Assembly: GCA_038087875.1 (NCBI GenBank)
Contig: CM075982.1
Location: 19,902,001 to 19,966,000 of the forward strand
DNA: 64,000 nt
Reading direction: 5' to 3'
From: Malacoraja senta
Taxonomy: Eukaryota
Below, piece after piece: positions 13,289 through 25,586 of the stretch. Both the position numbers and the translations under genes were made by a program. Positions within the stretch are counted from its first letter, which is position 1; the number at the start of each line of letters is the position of its first letter. The notes under the pieces are model-generated. The model was not told where the DNA came from and searched no databases. It saw only the letters and a program-made list of their open reading frames with translations.

Positions 13289-14483
13289 AGTTATGTTAAT
13301 AGTGCCTGCCTTGCCAATGTTGGCCATGGGCAAATGACAGAGCACAGATGAAGCCTTCCTTTTATTCATGTATCTGGGTGGGTTAAGGTGCCAGTTAGCC
13401 CAATTATCAGCTGGCGAGCTTGCCTTTGATGGAGTGTGTGTGTGAGAGAGTGGTTTAACAGTTGTTAGAACAATTTCCCGCTCATCTGTCAATTTAGATT
13501 TGCTTTCACCAGAATTTGTAGTGAATTCCAGTGATGTCTCCCAACTTCACTGGCACATTATATGGGTTTGAGAGAGGGCCGCAGTCGACCATTGTAACCT
13601 GGGTAAGGTGATGGGAGGGACTGATTCACTCATTCACATCGTCAGGCCTGCTGCAGCTGGGAGTGTTGTGAATTTAAATGACTCTTTGAAGGAGCAGACA
13701 GCGGTGGGAGAGATGAGAACTGACACAGTCTGTGTTTCAGGGCATTTAACATTGCGCTCGAGGTGAAATGGGTTTGCCTTGCAGACTTGCAGTTCCAACG
13801 ATCAACCTTTTTATATCGGCATCTATTTACCTCCGGCGGAGAGAGGCGTTGCTAATAAACAACGTTACAACAGAGGCACACTGTCACCCAGCAGCAAGAA
13901 TTACTTTGACTGGTGCTCCTGAGCTCTGAAGGTCTTTTCTGGAACACTTGATGCTGCAAATTCTGCAGAGCAAGTGAGGGCTCTTTCTTCTGATTGCACA
14001 CCGTTCAATGAGAGAGCTCTCGTCTATTTTCTGCCGCAATTAGACTGGCGGGGATCACGGGGAGAGAAGTCCTGCACTCCCTCGTAGTTTGTAGCTCTGG
14101 CAATGATGTTTCAAGGGAGTGTGATTGGGATTGATGCAGCATTGCTCTCAAGGGGCGAGGAGGACTGGAACCGATAGTAGCACCAACCAAACGAGCTGGA
14201 GTAATTATATTTACACCGTTTCGATGCCCAATGTGTGAAACTCCTATACACCGTTGATTTTGATGAATGAGCTTGATGCTGTTCGCTCCGGTGTGCCTGT
14301 TAATATAATAATAACCAGAGTCTGTATCAGTTGCTTCACACTTTTGCAGGATCACGCCTACAGCACATTAAGTATTCGTCGCACAAGTATTCTAATTATC
14401 TCATTTAATCACGATTTGCTAAGTTGCCAGATACCCTACTGACAAGGGGAATGAAAAGTTCACCAAAGAATGAGTAACCAGCA

Positions 14484-14620
14484 NNNNNNNNNNNNNNNNN
14501 NNNNNNNNNNNNNNNNNNNNNNNNNNNNNNNNNNNNNNNNNNNNNNNNNNNNNNNNNNNNNNNNNNNNNNNNNNNNNNNNNNNNNNNNNNNNNNNNNNNN
14601 NNNNNNNNNNNNNNNNNNNN
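14484..14620. other. Assembly gap (137 N)
   Basis: Run of N. Confidence 1.
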
Positions 14621-15112
14621 TTAGCCAGCTAATACCATGGACCAGAGTCAGGCAGCACAAAAGGTTCAGAGGTGAGGCTCTCCATGAAAACACTGCGAGT
14701 TGGAATCCTCCCATGGTCCTATGAGAAAACTAATGAAGCTATCAGATTGTCATTAAAATCATTTTGAGTTTTTCCTCAGGAAAGACGAGCCTTCCGTATC
14801 CCGGATGTGGTTCCAATGTGTCTTCCCACCCCCAGCAGTGGAGGAGGCGGCAGAGGTTAAAAAGTACCATATAGGAATGGAAGAGAAATCAAAATAGTTG
14901 GCAACCGGGAGTTGCAGCGGGCCCAGGTGGGCAGAGTGCAAGCAGTCAGTGAAGCGGCTTCCCAGCCCCACCAAAGCAGAGGAGGTCACGCCCCAATGGG
15001 ACCCCAGCAAGGTTTCATCTTGCCTCGAAAGAGCGCAGAGAAGATTTACAAGGATGTTGCCAGGTCTCAAGGACCTGAGCCATTGGGAGATATTGGGTGG
15101 GCTGATTCCTTA

Positions 15113-15724
15113 AGGGCCTGTCCCACTTGGCCGTCATTCGCGCGCCATTTACGCGACCTGCGTGGGTAGCGCGGGACGGGCGCATGGAGTGGCGTGGAGG
15201 AGTGTGGACTTCGTCCTGCACGAAATCTTCGCACGCCACCGGCCTGTCGCGTAACTCATGGCCAAAGTGGGACAGGCCCAAGTGGGACAGGCGCAACGTC
15301 TCACCTCCAACAGCAGCAGAAGCAGGCAAACGATCGCCGAGCTCGGCCTGGGGCTCACGGCCATTGCGGATCCGGATCCGCCCCCACTCCTACTCCCAGA
15401 GCGGGGCCAAGATGATTGGAGATAGACACAAAATGCTGGAGTAACTCAGCGGGATTGGCAGCATCTCTGTAGAGAAGCAATGGGTGACGTTTCGGGTCGA
15501 GACCCTTCTTCAGACTGAAGAAGAGTCTCGACCCGAAATATCATCCATTCCTTCTCTCCAGAAATGCTGCTGGTCCCGCTGAGTTTCTCTTGCATTTTGT
15601 GTCTATCTTCAAATGACGTCACGCGCTCCAGCTGGCTGTGCGGACGCATGATGACGCGCGCGACCGTCGCGCGTCAGTCACTACAGGCCTGTCGTGTAAA
15701 CAACGGCCAAGTGGGACAGGCCCT
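15113..15724. mobile_element. Harbinger/Tourist-type MITE
   Basis: Perfect 22-bp TIRs AGGGCCTGTCCCACTTGGCCGT / ACGGCCAAGTGGGACAGGCCCT; TTA TSD at 15110-15112 and 15725-15727; CpG-rich interior; inserted in a CR1 fragment. Confidence 0.9.
15419..15611. mobile_element. Palindromic Penelope-like pLTR derivative with hammerhead-like cores, nested in the MITE
   Basis: Two ~95-bp inverted arms; the minus strand reads AGTCTGAAGAAGGGTCTCGACCCGAAACGTCACC. Confidence 0.7.
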
Positions 15725-16234
15725 TTAGAGTGCACTTGATTTCTTAGAGTGCAGGAGGCTGAGTGGTGATGATATGGAAGTGATTAAAATCATGAGGGGA
15801 ATAGATGTGCACGGCCTTTTTCCCAGGATAGGAGAATCAAGAATTGGAGGGTATAGGTTTATGGTGAGAGGGGGAAGATTTAATAGGACCCTGAGGGACA
15901 ACTTCTTCCCTGCAGAAGGTGGTGGATATATGGTATATGGTATATAGAAATAGTTGAGGCAGCTACAATAACAACATTGGGACAAATATTTGGACAGATG
16001 CATGGATAGGCAAGGTTCAGAGCGATTTGAGCCAAATGCTGGCGCATAGGGTTAGCTAAGATAGGACATCTGGTCAAAGCATTGTACAAGTTGGGCTGAA
16101 CCACCTATTTCCATGCAATATCTCTCTATGATACTGACTTCCCTTCCGATGCACTGTCTCCTTGTGAGCTTGACTCCAGACCTGATGCTGAGGGGAGGTG
16201 CTGACTGTGTGTGACCTGTTCCCTTGTTAAGTGG

Positions 16235-16470
16235 CTGATGAAATAGCCCACTTCAGAGTCTTGAGCACAATACCTCGGCCCACGCTGAAGTGCAGTACTG
16301 AAGTGTGGAACCATTTAAAACCCATTGTTCAATAAATCACCCTGTAGCGGGAACTGGCCGGCGAAGAACGAGCTGGGACACGGAGTTAGTCCAAACCCCC
16401 ACAACCCAGACATTATCTGATGGCCGTGTGTGGAGCTTGCTGTGTCAAGTTTCCAACAATGATTCTATTT
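16235..16470 (+). mobile_element. Degenerate DeuSINE/SacSINE1-like fragment
   Basis: CCCACTTCAGAGTCTTGAGCACA...TGCAGTACTGA and GTGTGGAGCTTGCTGTG resemble the recalled DeuSINE head and Deu domain. Confidence 0.4.
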
Positions 16471-17810
16471 GTGTGGGAAGGATCTGCAGATGCTGGTTTA
16501 CACCAAAGGTCGACACAAAATGCTGGAGTTACTCAGCGGGTCAGGCAGCATCCCTGGAGAAAAGGAATAGGTGGCGTTTCGAGTGGAGACCCTTCCTCAG
16601 ATTCACTGCAGGTCAGGCAGAATCTGTAATGCAGCCCGATCCAACTTCCCAAAGTTTGCCGTTTTTATTTTGAGGTTAAAAGGCCCTACTGGTTGCCGCC
16701 CCACAAGGGAAGGCAGAAAGTAGGAGCAGCACTTACGTATTGTGCAAGAGCCGTAAATAAATTCCTGAGCGAGCCGAGAGAGGATTACATGTTACAGACT
16801 GATCGTCAAACCCTCAAGGGCTGTAACAGGAAAAAACAAGTTAGTGACGGAGAGGAAATGGGATTCCCTGGCTCAGGCTTGTTTGCAATCTCTGTCACTG
16901 GTATTTTACCAGATACACGCTGCAGCCCTGAGCAGATTTTCTGTCTGTGGAATTAGTTACAAATGAAGCTCCTCGGCAGAGGAACGCACTGTGCCTATTT
17001 TATAATTCCTGCCTGTGGCTGAAGCTACTCAACGTCCCCTCAACACAACAGGGAAATGCAAACTTCAATCTCTCGGCTTTCAACGCTGTTAGTGTCTCTG
17101 AATACACACGACAATGGCATGCAGCTGGGGAAAAGCTGGACTCTGACAACACTTGGACTTGTCCAGTGGGTTCTGGTGCTTTGGTCTGTCTTTCTCCACC
17201 CCCACTGAACCTCTGCTTGAGATTCCTGGGGTGTGGTCTCCTCAGGAGCACTGATCAACACTTGGCACCTGAGCAAGTGACTGGTCTCTGACAGTCTTTC
17301 CTTCACTTGCCCACCTAGAGCCATAGTTATACAGCACAGCGGTAGGCCATTCGGCCCAGCCACTCCCATGCTGAGCATTGAGCACCGATTTACAATATTC
17401 CTACTTGTCCACGCTTATCTTTGTGATTTTAATTTGGCAATTCAGAAGCACGATTCCTGTTTGGTAATTCCTTGGTGGCTGCTCTGAATCCTCAGATTAT
17501 TATCTCTGCTCTTTAGGTAGAGGCACTTTTGGTGCTGCTGTTACTCCAGAGGGAGTCCCTGGGGACAGAGGATGACTTGTTTCCACTCCACTACTGAGCA
17601 GAGAAACATTCCTGGCACAAATTCACCAACCATGAGCGCGGATGTGCACATGCAGACAATTTTCGCTCCACCCTTTTCCTTGGCCCACCTCCTCCTGACC
17701 TGCTGAGTATTTTCAGCACTCTAGCTTTTATTTCAGATTTCCAGCATTTGTAACTTTTTGGCTTTTCAACACGTCCTTGTTGGGTTTTCAACCTGAGACT
17801 CTGCAGCCTG

Positions 17811-18105
17811 GGGCGGCACAGTGGCGCGGCGGTAGAGTTGCTGCCTTATAGCGTCAGAGACCCGGGTTCCATCCTGACTACGGAGTTTGTATGTTCTCCT
17901 GTGACTGTGTGGGTTTTCTCCAGTTGCTCCGGATTCCTCCCACACTCCATAGACGTACGTGTTTGGAAGTTAATTGATTTCAATAAAAATTGTAAGTTGT
18001 CACTAGTGTGTAGTATATTGCTTGTGCACGGGGTGATCACTGGTCAGCGTGAACTCAGTGGGCTGACGGTCCAGTTTCCGTGCTGTATCTCTACACTAAA
18101 CTAAA
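17811..18105 (+). mobile_element. HE1/V-SINE, full length
   Basis: tRNA-derived head GGGCGGCACAGTGGCGCGGCGGTAGAG with B-box-like GGTTCCATCC, V-domain GGGTTTTCTCC...CCTCCCACACTCC, CR1-like tail and CTAAA repeats. Confidence 0.9.
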
Positions 18106-18539
18106 GTTCTGTGTCTGTTCTCCCCTGCATTAACCATTGTTCGCTGAAGCTTGATCTCTGAACTCTTCCTGTGCCTTCTTGAAGTTGAAAGCAGTTGAAG
18201 CATTCAACTGCTGCCCAAGTCACTGTCGCGCCTCTTGATGTAATTTCCTGTGCGTATGTTAATGCAGCCCTGGATGTAAGCACTATTCTTAGTGTGCCGA
18301 TTTTAATAAACATTGCATCACAGATTTGCACGCTATATTAAAGCGGTTTTAACGAATTTCAACGAAAATTAAACGGCCCGAGGTGTCACTCGCAGTGCAT
18401 CAAGGGCATATGTTGGTGGAAAGCGTGGTGGCAGCGTGGTGGGGAGAGTGTTGCAGGAAGTGAATATGAAGTTCAGGAATGCAGCGTGTGCACTCTCTTT
18501 GTAATGAGTTGCTCTTTCACAAAGGGAAGCTATAATCAG

Positions 18540-18975
18540 AGAGCACGAAAATGGGCCCTTCGGCCCAACTTGCCCACACTGGCCAATATGTCCCATCTAC
18601 CCTAGTCCCACCTGTCTGCATTTGGCCTATATCCCTCTAAACCTGTCCTATCCATGTACATGTAAATGTTTCTTAAATGTTGTAGCAGTCCCTGCCTCAA
18701 CTACCCCCTCCGGCAGCTTGTTCCATATAACCACCACCCTATGTGTAATTAAAAAAAGTTACCCTATTAAATCTCCCCCCTCACCCTAAACCCACGTCCT
18801 CTGGTTCTCGATTTCCCCCACATTGGACAAGAGACTCTTGTGTGTCTACCCGATCTATTTGTCTCACTTCTATAGAATCTCCCCTCATCCTCCTGCGCTC
18901 CAAGGAAGCTAGCTTGCTCAACCTCTCCCCATAGCTGAGGCCCTCAAGCCCTGGCAACACCCTTGTCAATCTACC
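18540..18975 (-). mobile_element. CR1 LINE 3' fragment
   Basis: Minus ORF reads LPGLEGLSYGERLSKL..SLERRRMRGD. Confidence 0.8.
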
Positions 18976-19300
18976 AAGTGGTGTCTTCAGGAGAGCTTCA
19001 AATAATTTGGGCAATATCTTGTCTTTGACTTCTGCCTCTTGTACTCATTGGTAAGGCCGTAATAATAACCAAATGCTGAAAACATTCAGCAGGCAAGGCA
19101 GCATCTGTGGGGAGGGGAGAGAGAACAAAAACCTATGTTTCAGGTCAGTAACTGTCCAAGCCATTTCTTTCACTCACTCAGGAAATGGACAATATGTTGC
19201 CCTGGATTACACGCCATTGCACTCTCACCATCACAGAATTCCAAAGTGTGTTGGCTTGTAATCAAATAACAGCCCAGAGGAGGTGAATGGAATTGCCTAT

Positions 19301-19515
19301 CCAAGATGGCGCCCAAGCCAAGCAAAACTTTGTGTGTTGGTCACAGATGTGGATCTGCAATTGCTCATTGTAATCGCCCACTCTTTTAAACCTCTACTCC
19401 ACGCTGTGGATGGCTCGATTCTAATCATGTATTGTCTTTCCGCTGACTGGTTAGCGCGCAACAAAAGCCATCCACTGTACCTCGGCACACGGGACAATAA
19501 ACTAAACTCAAACTC
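19301..19515 (+). mobile_element. Short Rex1-like non-autonomous element
   Basis: Begins CCAAGATGGCGCC and ends CACTGTACCTCGGCACACGGGACAATAAACTAAACTCAAACTC. Confidence 0.55.
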
Positions 19516-20183
19516 TTAGGGAACAGGATGTGCAGTAGTGAGAAATGGAGCAGACATTAGAATGGGGGTGTGAACCCTTCATGTTAGCTTGTTTCCTTAA
19601 CAAAAAAGGCCCTGAAAGCGCGAAAAGATCTGAAATGGCAAAGTTTCTGTCTCAGTTTTAGTCATTTCCAGAGACTATCGTGTGAAGTGTTCATGTTTAG
19701 TTGAGGGAGCCAGTTGCGATTTTCATTCAGTTTGCCATCTGTTGCTGACTGTTGTTCTCGAACCACAGCATGAACGGTTCTCTGGAGACATGTTAACCAT
19801 AACTAACAAGAATCTTAATAGTATTTCTGAGGATGCAATTATGATGTGTAACCTGGTCATTAACAAGATTCTCGCAGCCGATTGACATGGAGATGAGGCT
19901 TTGAATGTGTCTGCAACAGGAGCAATCAAAAGCCCTGTCCCGGTAATGGACCTGTGTGTTGCAAAGCTCATATTAATGATGAGGATGTAGAAACAAGGAA
20001 TTGCAGATGTTGTTGGGGTTTTTTTTAAGACAAAAGTGTTGAGTAACTCAGCAGGTCAGGCAGCACCTCTGTAGAACATGGCTAGGTGATGCTTCGGGTC
20101 GTAACTCAAGAAGGACACAACACACTTGAGTAACTCAACGAGTCCCAAGAAGGCTTATGACCTGAAACGTCACCTATCCATGT

Positions 20184-20470
20184 TTTAGATTTAGAGATAC
20201 AGTGTGGTAACATGTCCTTTGACCCACCAAGTCCGCGACAGCCATCAATCACTTGTACACTAGTTCTATCCTACACACGAGGGACAATTTTTACAGAAGC
20301 CAATTAACCTATAAACCTGCACGTCTTTGGAGAGTGGGAGGAAACCGGAGCTCCCTGAGAAAAACCACGCGGTCACAGGGAGAACCGTACAAATTCTGTA
20401 CAGACAGCACCCATAGTCGGGATCAAACCAGGGCCTCTGGCACTCTACCACTGCGCCACTGTACTGCCCT
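20184..20470 (-). mobile_element. HE1/V-SINE
   Basis: Reverse complement of the 17811 family. Confidence 0.85.
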
Positions 20471-22384
20471 CTGATGTTCTCTGGATTTTCCACCCGACCC
20501 GCTGTGTTACTCCAGTGTTTTGTCCTTTTTTTAATGACAGGAAGCTGTGCTTGAAGTGAGCAGGGAAGCGAGCATTGATTTTTCTTGTACAATGAAAAAT
20601 GTGGAAGCATTCCGTTTCCACATTTAATTGTTGATTTAATGTGTGGGCTTGGAGATGGTGATGCAGAAAGGTCCTTAACAGGAATTTCTCACTGGGAGGC
20701 CAGGAATTTTCTGATGAACAACATGCTTTGTAAAGGTCTGATAAACAGAGGTAGGTGTGAGAGTAAGGGTGTGTTGCTAGCAACTCATGAGTCACCCCTA
20801 ATCAAATCTAGTTTAGAAAGGGGACAGGTATTTTGTTCAACGCTCGCTGTAACCAGGGTGATCTCTGGTAAGCAGCTGAGCTTCTGCTAATGCAGCTTTA
20901 CCCTTCTGTGTGCAGGCAGTCTGTGCACTGATGCTGAAGATAACAACTAAACCCTGAAACCACCAGCGGAGCAGATGAGGTTGTGACTGAACTGTCAGTC
21001 GTTGGGCTGTTTTCAGAGTTTTCGTTTCACAAAGCACAACTGACTAGTGAGGCCTTGAAATGGCAGAGAGGCCTGATATTTCCATGTTTTCTTTTGACCC
21101 AGGAGGAGGCCAATTTGATTTTTTCCTCGCTTTTCACTGTACTTCAGTACAGGTGACAATGAACAAAACTGAATTAAACTAAACTGAACGATCGTGTATC
21201 TGCTCAGAGCAGGCATATTCCCCCACTCATTGTTTTTGTGGTCTCCTCAAGTCGATGCTGTTTCATTCGACCTTTGTTCATCCAATCTGGTATTAAGCAT
21301 TCATTGCTGTCAAAGTGGCTTCCTCTGCATTGTAGAAATGCAAGATGCTGGAGTAACTCAGCGGGACAGGCAGCATCTCTGGAGAGAAAAAATGAGTGAC
21401 GTTTTGGGTCAAGACCCTTCTCCAATGTTGATTTGTTGACCAGACTAAAAGTTGAGTTTATTGTTGTCTGCACAATGGTTTATTTATTATCAAATGTACA
21501 GAGATACATTGACAAGCTACTTCTGCATGCTACCCAGTCAGATCATACTCTACATGAATGCAATAGATCCTCTTCTTGCAACATCCATGTCCCAGAAAAG
21601 TTCATTCATGGTCCAAGGAGTTTTGCAATTACTTATTTTCTTACTTTCAGCTTAGTGTCCTGGCGGCACTGGATTGATGAAGTTAGGGTCAGCCTGGCCT
21701 TGTACAATGAAAAATCGTGCTTGCAGCAGCATCACAGGCACAGAAACTCTGTCAATGCACTAAAACATAAACTGTACATAAATCATCCACAAAATTGCAC
21801 ACATTATCCGTGAGGAAAACTGTAAAAATACACTGTTAGAAAACAAGTCCATGGTGGTGCAAGAGATTGTCCTTGGTGTTCCGTTGCTCAGGTAGGATTA
21901 GGGTTGTGCTTTTCTTTCTCCACTGATTCTGCCTGATATGCTGGGACATTCCAGCAGTCAGCTTTTTCCATGTTTAAATACAGTGGTTCCTCTGGTGGCA
22001 AAGGTACCTGTCCTGGCAGTGGTACATGGAAGTACCTGGGACTGCCTTTACATGGACATGTGGCCTACATCTGCCCGTTTAATTTTTTTTTTAATCGCTG
22101 TTTCTGTGCCTGGTTTTGAGCCTTGAATTTTTATTTGATTTTTTATGAGCAAAGGAACCATGTTAGCAAAGCAGATCTGTTTGAAAAGTGCGTGTTATCT
22201 TGGGATAGGCCACAAATCTGTGTTTTGTATTGAAAGTCCTAACAGATAGTGATGCATTTACTGTGCGGTGTAACGTTGCATGGTAGCCAAATGTGGAAGA
22301 GCACTTTGCTGCTGCCTTCAGTGCTACTGGCTGATCCAGCTCCACTGATAGACACACAATGCTGGTTTAAACCAGCATTTGCAG

Positions 22385-23040
22385 TTCCTTCCTGCACATC
22401 TCAACTGATAGCGTTTATTTTGAGAGGGCTAGAATATAAAAACGGGGGTGTAATGTGAGGCTTTATAAAGCACTGCGTTTGGAGTATTGTGAGCAGTTTG
22501 GGGCCCCATATCTGAGGCAGGGTGTGCTGACATTGGAGAGGGTCCAGAGGAGTTTGCGAGAATGATCCCAGAATGATCGGGTTAACATATGATGAGCGTT
22601 TGACGGCACTGGGCCTGCATTCGTTGGAGTATAGAGGGATTGGGGGGAGTGGGGGGGGGGGGGGAACCTCATTGAAACTTACCGAATAGTGAAAAGTCTG
22701 GACAGAGTGAATGTGGAGAGGATGTTTCCACTAGTGGGAGAGTCTAGGAGCAGAAGTCATAGTCTCCAAATGAAAGGACGTACCTTTAGAAACGAGATGA
22801 GGAGGAATTTCCTTAGTCAGATGTTGGTGAATATGTGAAATTCATTGCCACAGACGGCTGTGGAGGCCGTCAATGGATATTTTTAAGGCGGAGTTTGACA
22901 GATTCTTGATTAGTAAGGGTGTCAAGGGTTATAAGCCAGGAGAATGGGGTTGAGAGGGAAAGATAGATCAGCCATGATTGAATGGTGGCATAGACTTGAT
23001 GGGCCGAATGGCCCAATTCTGCTCCGAGAACATATGAACT
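22385..23040 (+). mobile_element. CR1 LINE 3' fragment
   Basis: LEYCEQF.APYLR-type ORF2 end and 3' UTR GATAGATCAGCCATGATTGAATGG. Confidence 0.85.
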
Positions 23041-24908
23041 TTTGACCTCCTAGCTCCCAGCCCTGGATTGCAGTGCTTGGTTCCACTGCTTGGAGTTCAT
23101 CGCCGTCTTTCTGACTGCTCTCCTCAGCCAGAATAATGCCTGCCTGGGGAATGGAATGGGTTTCCATTGAATGAAAACTATCTTAAGATCAAAGGACACA
23201 AAGTGCAGGAGCATCTCAGTGGGTCAAGCAGCATCTCTGGAGAACATGGATAGGTGACGTTTCAGATTGCGACCTTTCAGACCCAACATAAAATGTTACC
23301 TAGTGTGGCAGCATCTATGGAGCGAAGGAAATAGGCAACGTTTCGGCCCGAAATGTTGCCTATTTCCTTCGCTCCATAGATGCTGCCGCACCCGCTGAGT
23401 TTCTCCAGCATTTTTGTCTACCTTCGATTTACCAGCATCTGCAGTTCCTCCTTGAACATAAAATGTTACCTATCAATCTGAAGAAGGATCCTGGCCTGAA
23501 ATATAATATTGTGTAAACCAGCATCGGCGACTGTTTGTATCTACATTTTCTCTATTTTAAGATAACTTAGTTGAATGGAGTATAGATATCTGCAGGTAAG
23601 GGGGTCACGTTGCCGTGAGCTGTGTCCCATGACTAAGGGTTCGGACAGCAAGGTGATGTAGATAGTAGATAAATGTAGGAAAACTAGAACAGAGGGCAGG
23701 GAACACCTTGCTGCTGCCCGGCTGTGAAGTGTGATGTCGGGTAATGTGATCACTTCTGTTTGCTTTGACATCTGTTTATCTCTGTAAATGAATGGAAAAC
23801 TCAGATATTTTGTTTGTTCTGTTGCCTGGAAATTGGGTGACAGGGTCCAGTTTTAATAAGGAGTGAGTGAGGGTGAACATTGTGGTCTTGTAGGATGGAT
23901 CGTGGACTCTGATTCATTCCCGTCTGGTTGTCAGCTGGACCCCTGGTCACTCTATGGATTCTGCCGTGATTGAATGCCACACCTGGAATGGCCACATCCC
24001 TGGGCAGGACCCTCTACAAGTCCAGTCATTCCCAGACCCCATGATGACTACTGGGCAGCTGAAAGGGGACTTCTTACTATGGATCCTGGCCAACACTGGG
24101 GACCGCGTTCAGATGGAACCCCTTCATTCACGGATCAGCTCTACTCCAGGCATCGTGTTATTGAGCCAGCCCAGTGTCCTCACCCCCGCCCCTCCCAACT
24201 CGACATCTAGTGACCACTCGCAACCCCCCCCCCCCCCGGACCAGACTGGCGCTTTGGCCAACAACCCAGACTCTTCCCTCCAGCACCTTGGATCAGCTCT
24301 AGGATAGCGGAGGTGGAAGGACCTTGTCTATCACTTGAGGCTTTGAAGCCCAAATTGTTTGTTGGCTGGAGTCCATATGTTGGTGGTGGTGAGGTCAAAG
24401 TGACAACAATGACAGCTGTGCACCACATAGGGGATCTTTGCTGTGAATGGCTTACGGTAATGCAGATGATCTGTGTGTGTGTGTATATGTGAGAGAGTCA
24501 TGTCAGCCAGCCCTGACCTTTCATTTCCCCTCTATCCCCGGCAAAGGACACTTGATATTCATCTCATCAACCAGGTTAAATATTCATCCGTTGAACAGTG
24601 ACTCCCAGCTGTTAGTTGTGTGTTATACAATCTTTACTGCATGAAACGCAGTTTGCCCAGGGCCTGTCCCACTTAGAAGACCTCCACCGCGACCTCTGGC
24701 GACCTTAAACAACTTAAAGAAAATCATGGTCGCGGTGACCTACGACCTTCCTCGACTATGTGTACGACCTCCTAGGGCCTTCCAAGACTACGTTGAAGAC
24801 CTCCCACGACTATGTTGACCTCCCTCGACTATGAAGAAGACCTCCTTTGACTATATTGAATACTGGCTTTGACCATGTACGTTGGTCTCTGGCAAATCAT
24901 TGTGAACA

Positions 24909-25184
24909 ATGCAAGCAAGGAAGGAACTAGTTTGGAGGATGTTAGTAAAAATACAACTACTGCTGTTTGCAGTAGCCCTATTGCTTCGGCAGCCTTTTAA
25001 GAAAGGCAGAAGGGGAAGAGCAAGGGTGAAGAGGAAGCACAAGAAGAGGTCTCAATGGGTGAATGGAGATGATGTGATGGACTGTCCCAGTACACCAGAT
25101 GACTGGAAGAGAGTGGCGCTGGGCTTTGACAAAAGATGGAACTTTAAGCACACATGTGGGGCAGTGGATGGCAAGCATGCCATT
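24909..25184 (+). pseudogene. Harbinger (DDE_Tnp_4/HARBI1-like) transposase remnant
   Basis: Basic N-terminus KRKHKKRSQWV joined to CPSTPDDWKRVALGFDKRWNFKHTCGAVDGKH, the first catalytic-D motif of Harbinger transposases; truncated after it. Confidence 0.8.
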
Positions 25185-25586
25185 CTTGTCCCTGTCCCCC
25201 TCATTTTCCTTTTCGTACAGGATGGCATTCTGCTGGAACCATTCCTCAAGGTCCCCCTCCTGCTGCCTGGTGAAGGTGTAGGGCATAACCTTCCTGCAGC
25301 CCTCCCTCACCACCAATGGGGCATCTGCCTCTGATGCTGTGTCAGACACAGGAGAAAGGGCTGCTTTGCTGCCTTCAAATGAGGCAGTGAAGGATGGTGT
25401 GGTGGTGAGGACATATACTACCACCCTGGTCTCCTCCTCCAGGGGTCTCTCATGCAGGGCTACCTCCTCCTGCACTATCACCTCCTGTGGCATCACCTCC
25501 TGCCACTCCTCCTCCTGGGTGGGCAACACCTGCATGGCAGTTTTTTTTTTAGGGTTATGCCCTCCTTGCTGCCTTTTTGGTGCCAT
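25182..25586 (-). pseudogene. Harbinger second ORF (MADF/Myb-SANT-like DNA-binding protein), N-terminal remnant
   Basis: MAPKR..PKKK basic start, an acidic tract, then FTRQQEGDLEEWFQQNAILYEKENEGDRDK, which resembles the start of a MADF domain; convergent with the transposase. Confidence 0.65.

Noticed and set aside
14040-15015. Unclassifiable sequence flanking the N gap
   Set aside because: No ORF or repeat recognised; may be low-quality contig-end sequence, so no claim is made.
17811-17885. tRNA-like sequences with A/B boxes (also 45831 and others)
   Set aside because: They are HE1 SINE heads continuous with the V-domain and tail, not tRNA genes.
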